A stretch of 64,000 nucleotides of DNA from Anaeramoeba ignava BMAN (Eukaryota > Protista > Anaeramoebae): assembly GCA_028826165.1 (NCBI GenBank), contig JAPDFW010000059.1, positions 868,001-932,000 on the forward strand, given 5' to 3'. Shown one piece after another: positions 59,389 through 64,000 of this stretch; within the stretch, counting starts at the first letter, position 1, and each line of letters starts with the position of its first letter. Under the pieces are notes generated by a model that ran no database searches, was not told the origin of the DNA, and saw only the letters and a list, made by a program, of their open reading frames with translations. Both the position numbers and the translations under genes were made by a program.

Positions 59389-61100
59389 ATGGAATTATTT
59401 CAAAATAAAGTTGTTCTTGCTCCAATGGTTAGAATTTCAACTCTTCCAACTAGAATTATTGCAAGAGAATATGGAGCAAATCTTTGTTTTTCACCTGAAA
59501 CTGTTTCATATTCAATAATAAATTCTAATCTTCAACACAATTCTGAATTAGATTGTTGGGATTTAATTCAAAATAAAGATAAAAAATCAAATTTACTTTT
59601 TAGAACTTGTAAAGAAGATCCTGATGTTATTTTTCAAATAGCTGCACCTGATGCAGAAAAAGCATTAAAAGCAGCAGAAGTTATTTCTCCAGTTGTAGCT
59701 GCAATTGATTTGAATTGTGGTTGTCCTAAAAAATTTTCAACTAAAGGAGAAATGGGAGCAGCTTTATTAAAGTTTAAAATCTTTACAAAATCAATTTGAA
59801 AATCAAAATCAAAATCATAATCAATTTGAAAATCAAAATTAAAATTAAAATCAAAATCTAAAATCAAAATCAAAATCAAAATCAAAATTAAAATTAAAAT
59901 TAAAATTAAAATCAAAATTAAAATCAAAATCAAAATCAAAATCAAAATCAAAATCAAAATCAAAATTAAAATTAAAATTAAAATTAAAATTAAAATCAAA
60001 ATAATAATTAATATTAAAATTAAAATTAAAATCAAAATCAAAATCAATTTCAAAATCAATATCAAAATCAATATCAAAATCAATATTAAAATCAAAAATT
60101 AAATCAATATTAAAATTAAAATTAAAATCATAATCAATATTTAAATCAGAATCAATATTAATATCAAAATTAAAATCAAAATTAAAATTAAAATTAAAAT
60201 CAAATTAAAAATCAAAATCAAAATCAAAATTAAAATTAAAATTAAAATCAAAATCAAAATCATAATCATAATCAAAATCAAAATTAAAATTAAAATTAAA
60301 ATCAAAATTAAAATTAAAATCAAAATTAAAATTAAAATCAAAATCATAATCAAAATTAAAATTAAAATTAAAATCAAAATTAAAATTAAAATCAAAATCA
60401 AAATCAAAATCAAAATCACAAAAGAAAACCTGAAGTAATTGCAGATATCATTTCTACATTAAAAAGAAACATTAACAAACCAATAACATGCAAAATAAGG
60501 ATATTAAACACAGATAAAGAAACAGTCGAATTAGTACAAATGATAGAGAAAGCAGGAGCAAATGCATTAACAGTACATGGACGAATGGTTCACGAGAGAC
60601 CAAGAGAAAAAGCACATTGGGATAGAATTAAAACAGTTGTTGAAAATGTTCAAATTCCTGTTATTGCAAATGGAAGTGTTTCAAGTTTTGATGATATTGA
60701 ACTAATCAAAAATCAAACAAAAGCTTCTTCCGTTATGATTGGAAAAGCTGCTCAAGATAATGTCTCAGTTTTTCGAAAAGAGGGTTTATTGAATTCTTAT
60801 TCTGTTGCTAAACGTTATGTTCAAATTGCAAAAAAGTGGAATTATCCCCCAAAAAATGTCAATTTTTTTCTTGTTAAATTGTTTACTAATCATTCAGATT
60901 CTTTGAAAGTTAACAAAATTATTTCTCAATCCAAAAATTTAAATGATCTTTTTGATTATTTTAATTCTCAAAATGATATTATTGATAATCAAGAAAAAAT
61001 AATTAGAAAAAGAGAAAAAAATGAGGAAAATGAAAATAATAATGAAAATATAAATATAGATGAAAATTTAGAAGAAAAAAAAAGATTTAAAAATGATTAA
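59389..61100 (+). CDS. DUS2: tRNA-dihydrouridine synthase (DUS2/SMM1 type); intron 59772-60424
   Basis: LAPMVR..LPTR, VIFQI, IDLNCGCPKKFS..GEMGAALL, TCKIR, LTVHGR, VIANG, VMIG. Confidence 0.9.
59790..60418. repeat. (AAAATY)n array in the DUS2 intron
   Basis: Directly visible. Confidence 0.9.
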
Positions 61101-61173
61101 ATAAAATGATTAAAAAGAAAATGGAAAATATTTTTTCATATTTTTCATTTTCATTTTTTTCATTATTTTTAGA

Positions 61174-62333
61174 ATGGAAAAAGAGAAGTTAAATAAAAAT
61201 CAATTTGAAAATCAAAATCAATTTGAAAATCAAAATCAATTTGAAAATCAAAATCAATTTGAAAATCAATTTGAAAATCAATTTGAAAATCAAAATCAAA
61301 ATAAATTCCAAAATAAAAATAAATTCCAAAATCAAAATCAATTTCAAAATCAAAATAAATTCCAAAATCAAAATCAATTTCAAAATCAAAATCAATTCCA
61401 AAATAAAAATCAATTCCAAAATCAAAATCAATTTGAAAATCAAAATCAATTTGAAAATCAATTTGAAAATCAAAATCAATTTGAAAATCAATTTGAAAAT
61501 CAAAATCAATTTGAAAATCAAAATCAATTTGAAAATCAAAATCAATTTGAAAATCAAAATAAAAATCAATTTGAAAATCAATTTGAAAATCAAAATCAAT
61601 TCCAAAATCAATTCCAAAATCAAAATCAATTTGAAAATCAAAATCAAAATCAAAATCAATTTGAAAATCAAAATCAATTTCAAAATCAATTCCAAAATCA
61701 AAATAAAAATAAAAATAAAAATCAATTTGAAAATCAATTTGAAAATCAATTTCAAAATAAATTCAAAAAAAAAAAGAAAATGTTTCAACAATTCAATCAA
61801 TATTGCAAAAAATGAAATTTAAAGATAAAAATATTTTCAAAATAATTTGTTCAATTGAAGTAATCTTCTTTTCTTTTTATCTTAATCGATATGGATTAAG
61901 ATTTAATTGTAAAATAGAGGCAAATGATGGAACAAACACAATTCAATTAACATTTTCAACTCCAAGAGAATTAGAATCACTTACAGGATTAAATAAAAAA
62001 GATCTTGAAGAAATTGAACAATTTATGAAAAGAATTGGAACAGTTCATTTATTTTATAAATGTAAATCTTCCAAAAATTCAATAATTAATGAAGAAACTA
62101 AAATCATTTTAAATTGGAAGAAAAAAAAAGTGGAACGTTTTATAGTTTTTTGTCAAGTTGATTATTTAGAAAACCAAAAAAAGAAACAAAATGAAACTTC
62201 AAATGAATTTCTTTTCAAAACAAAAAAAAATCTAAACACTTTAATTCTTGTTCAAAAATATCCAGTTATTGCTTTGGAAATTATTCCAGTTGAAGATTAT
62301 TTAATTGAAATTGAAAGATATATTAAAAAATAA
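61174..62333 (+). CDS. NQFE-repeat protein with a C-terminal OB fold resembling CTC1; frame break in an A11 run at 61765-61775
   Basis: One more A joins the repeat ORF to ..ENVSTIQSILQKMK..CKIEANDGTNTIQLTF..LESLTGL..IGTVHL; the DGT motif is typical of RPA/CST OB folds. Confidence 0.45.
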
Positions 62334-62614
62334 ATAAATTTAAATTTGTTTTTATTTTTTTGGAAATAAAATTGTTTTAATTAATAAAAAAAATGGATCT
62401 TTTTTCTGTTTCTTTAAAAGAATAAAAATAAAGGTAATTTTTGTTTGAAATGAATCAAAATTGAGAATAAAAAGGGGAAAACGAATATACAAGAAATAAT
62501 CATTATTTTCCTGAATCTATTTTTTAAGAAATAAAATGAATTAAAGAAATTGAAAATAATTTAAATCAAAACGATTCAAATTAAATTCAATTAAATTTAC
62601 AAAATCCGAAAATC

Positions 62615-63714
62615 TTAAAATCCATCTTTAGAATCAGAATTAGAACTAAAATCAGATTCAGATTTTGGATCAGATTCAGATTCTGAATCAGATACAGAAC
62701 TTGAAAAAGAATTTGGTATTCCCATTCCTATATATATATAAAAAATAGAGAAATATTTATATTTAGAATTGAAAGTTTAAAAAAAAATTCTGAATTTGTT
62801 TCAGAAATATTTTCAACTCAATTCACCTTGTTCTCTTAAACTAATAGGTTTTAAATTTGGTTTTACAGCTTGATGAATAGGAGTATTTTGGGGTGAATTT
62901 TCATTTGAATTGATAAGAGGTTTACTTTCTATTATATTTATATAATTTGCTTTTTCATTTTGATTTTGATTTTGATTTTGATTTTGATTTTGATTTTGAT
63001 TTCCATTTTCATTTTCATTTTCATTTTCATTTTCATTTTCATTTTCATTTTCACCTGGTGTATAAAGTGTAATAAAAAATTCACCATTTTCTCCATTATC
63101 TTCTTCATAATCTTCTTGATTATTTTTTTGATTCGAATTACTAGTCGATAAATTTTTGGAATCAAAATCTGAATTTGTTGAATCAAAAGGTGAATTTTTT
63201 TCATAATTAACTTGGTTTGGTTGAGGAAATAAATAATCATTATTTTTATTGCTGTTGAGAATATGATTCTGATTTTGAATTTTTTTATCATGACCATTTT
63301 GATTTTCTGTTTGACTTGATTTTTTGTGACTTTTTTTTTTCACTTTTCCTTTTTTTCCTTTTTTTGAGTTTTTTGAATTTTTTTGTAATTTGCTTTTTGT
63401 TTTAGATTTAGGGTCTTTACGACTATGTTTTCTTTTGTTTGTATTATCATTGATATTTATTGTTTGAGTGTGCGAAGTTAGTGTTGTTATATGGCGAAGA
63501 TTAGTAACATGTGCGCCCATTTTTTCTAGTCTAAATGTATTTGTTTCTGGATCAAAAATTAAAAGACAATCTCTTTCATTTGGATCAGAAAATGTTCCTT
63601 CAAATTTTTCATGTGTATTTTTTTTAGAGGAAAGTGTTAAATTTGCTTTTCTTTGGTTTATAATTTCTAGATTTCCCGGCTTATCTTTGTTAATTGATTG
63701 AGGTTTAAAATCAT
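62615..63714 (-). CDS. EAF: ELL-associated factor (EAF), 5'-partial; exons ~63714-62827 and ~62728-62615
   Basis: DFKPQSI..PG, FEG..RDCLLIFDPETNTFRLEK; S/D-rich tail in the last exon. Confidence 0.85.
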
Positions 63715-63780
63715 CTTTATTGAAACATTTAAACAAACAAGAAGCAATAAAAATAAACATTTAAATAAATATAAATATTC

Positions 63781-64000
<220 letters not shown>

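Noticed and set aside
61765-61775. Frame break as a programmed -1 frameshift
   Set aside because: A11 homopolymer; a length error is far more likely.

Overview
Very AT-rich, gene-dense eukaryotic DNA with GT-AG spliceosomal introns and the standard genetic code. The style (microsatellite-filled introns, Q/N/E-rich tracts, ankyrin-BTB genes) suggests an amoeboid protist such as Anaeramoeba; this is inference. About 24 protein genes can be assembled by hand: LisH-RasGEF, DOCK GEF, eIF4E, two CARMIL-like LRR paralogs, DUF1746/Dsc4-like, ankyrin-BTB, Rab32-like, PQ-loop, EPG5, U1-70K, CDC23, two tandem rhodanese-DUSP genes, GGTase-I beta, VPS26C, PUF60, GCFC2/PAXBP1, CNOT11, HIRIP3-like, DUS2, a CTC1-like OB fold and EAF. 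Most short ORFs in the track are artefacts of hexamer repeats. The main structures not explained by these genes are: (1) two paralogous unannotated structured RNAs with H/ACA-type 3' hairpins at 20.85-21.7 kb; (2) a 14 x ~143 bp satellite with an internal palindrome (55.2-57.2 kb) inside a divergent promoter, a centromere candidate; (3) three isolated +1 frameshifts in conserved genes outside long homopolymers, including essential U1-70K; (4) a GC-rich DOCK segment with a purine-to-pyrimidine skew reversal; (5) a TCATTTT initiator-like motif and constant 133-163 bp bidirectional promoters; (6) introns filled by private microsatellites, up to 2.35 kb. Exon coordinates and counts were read by eye and may be off by a few bases.
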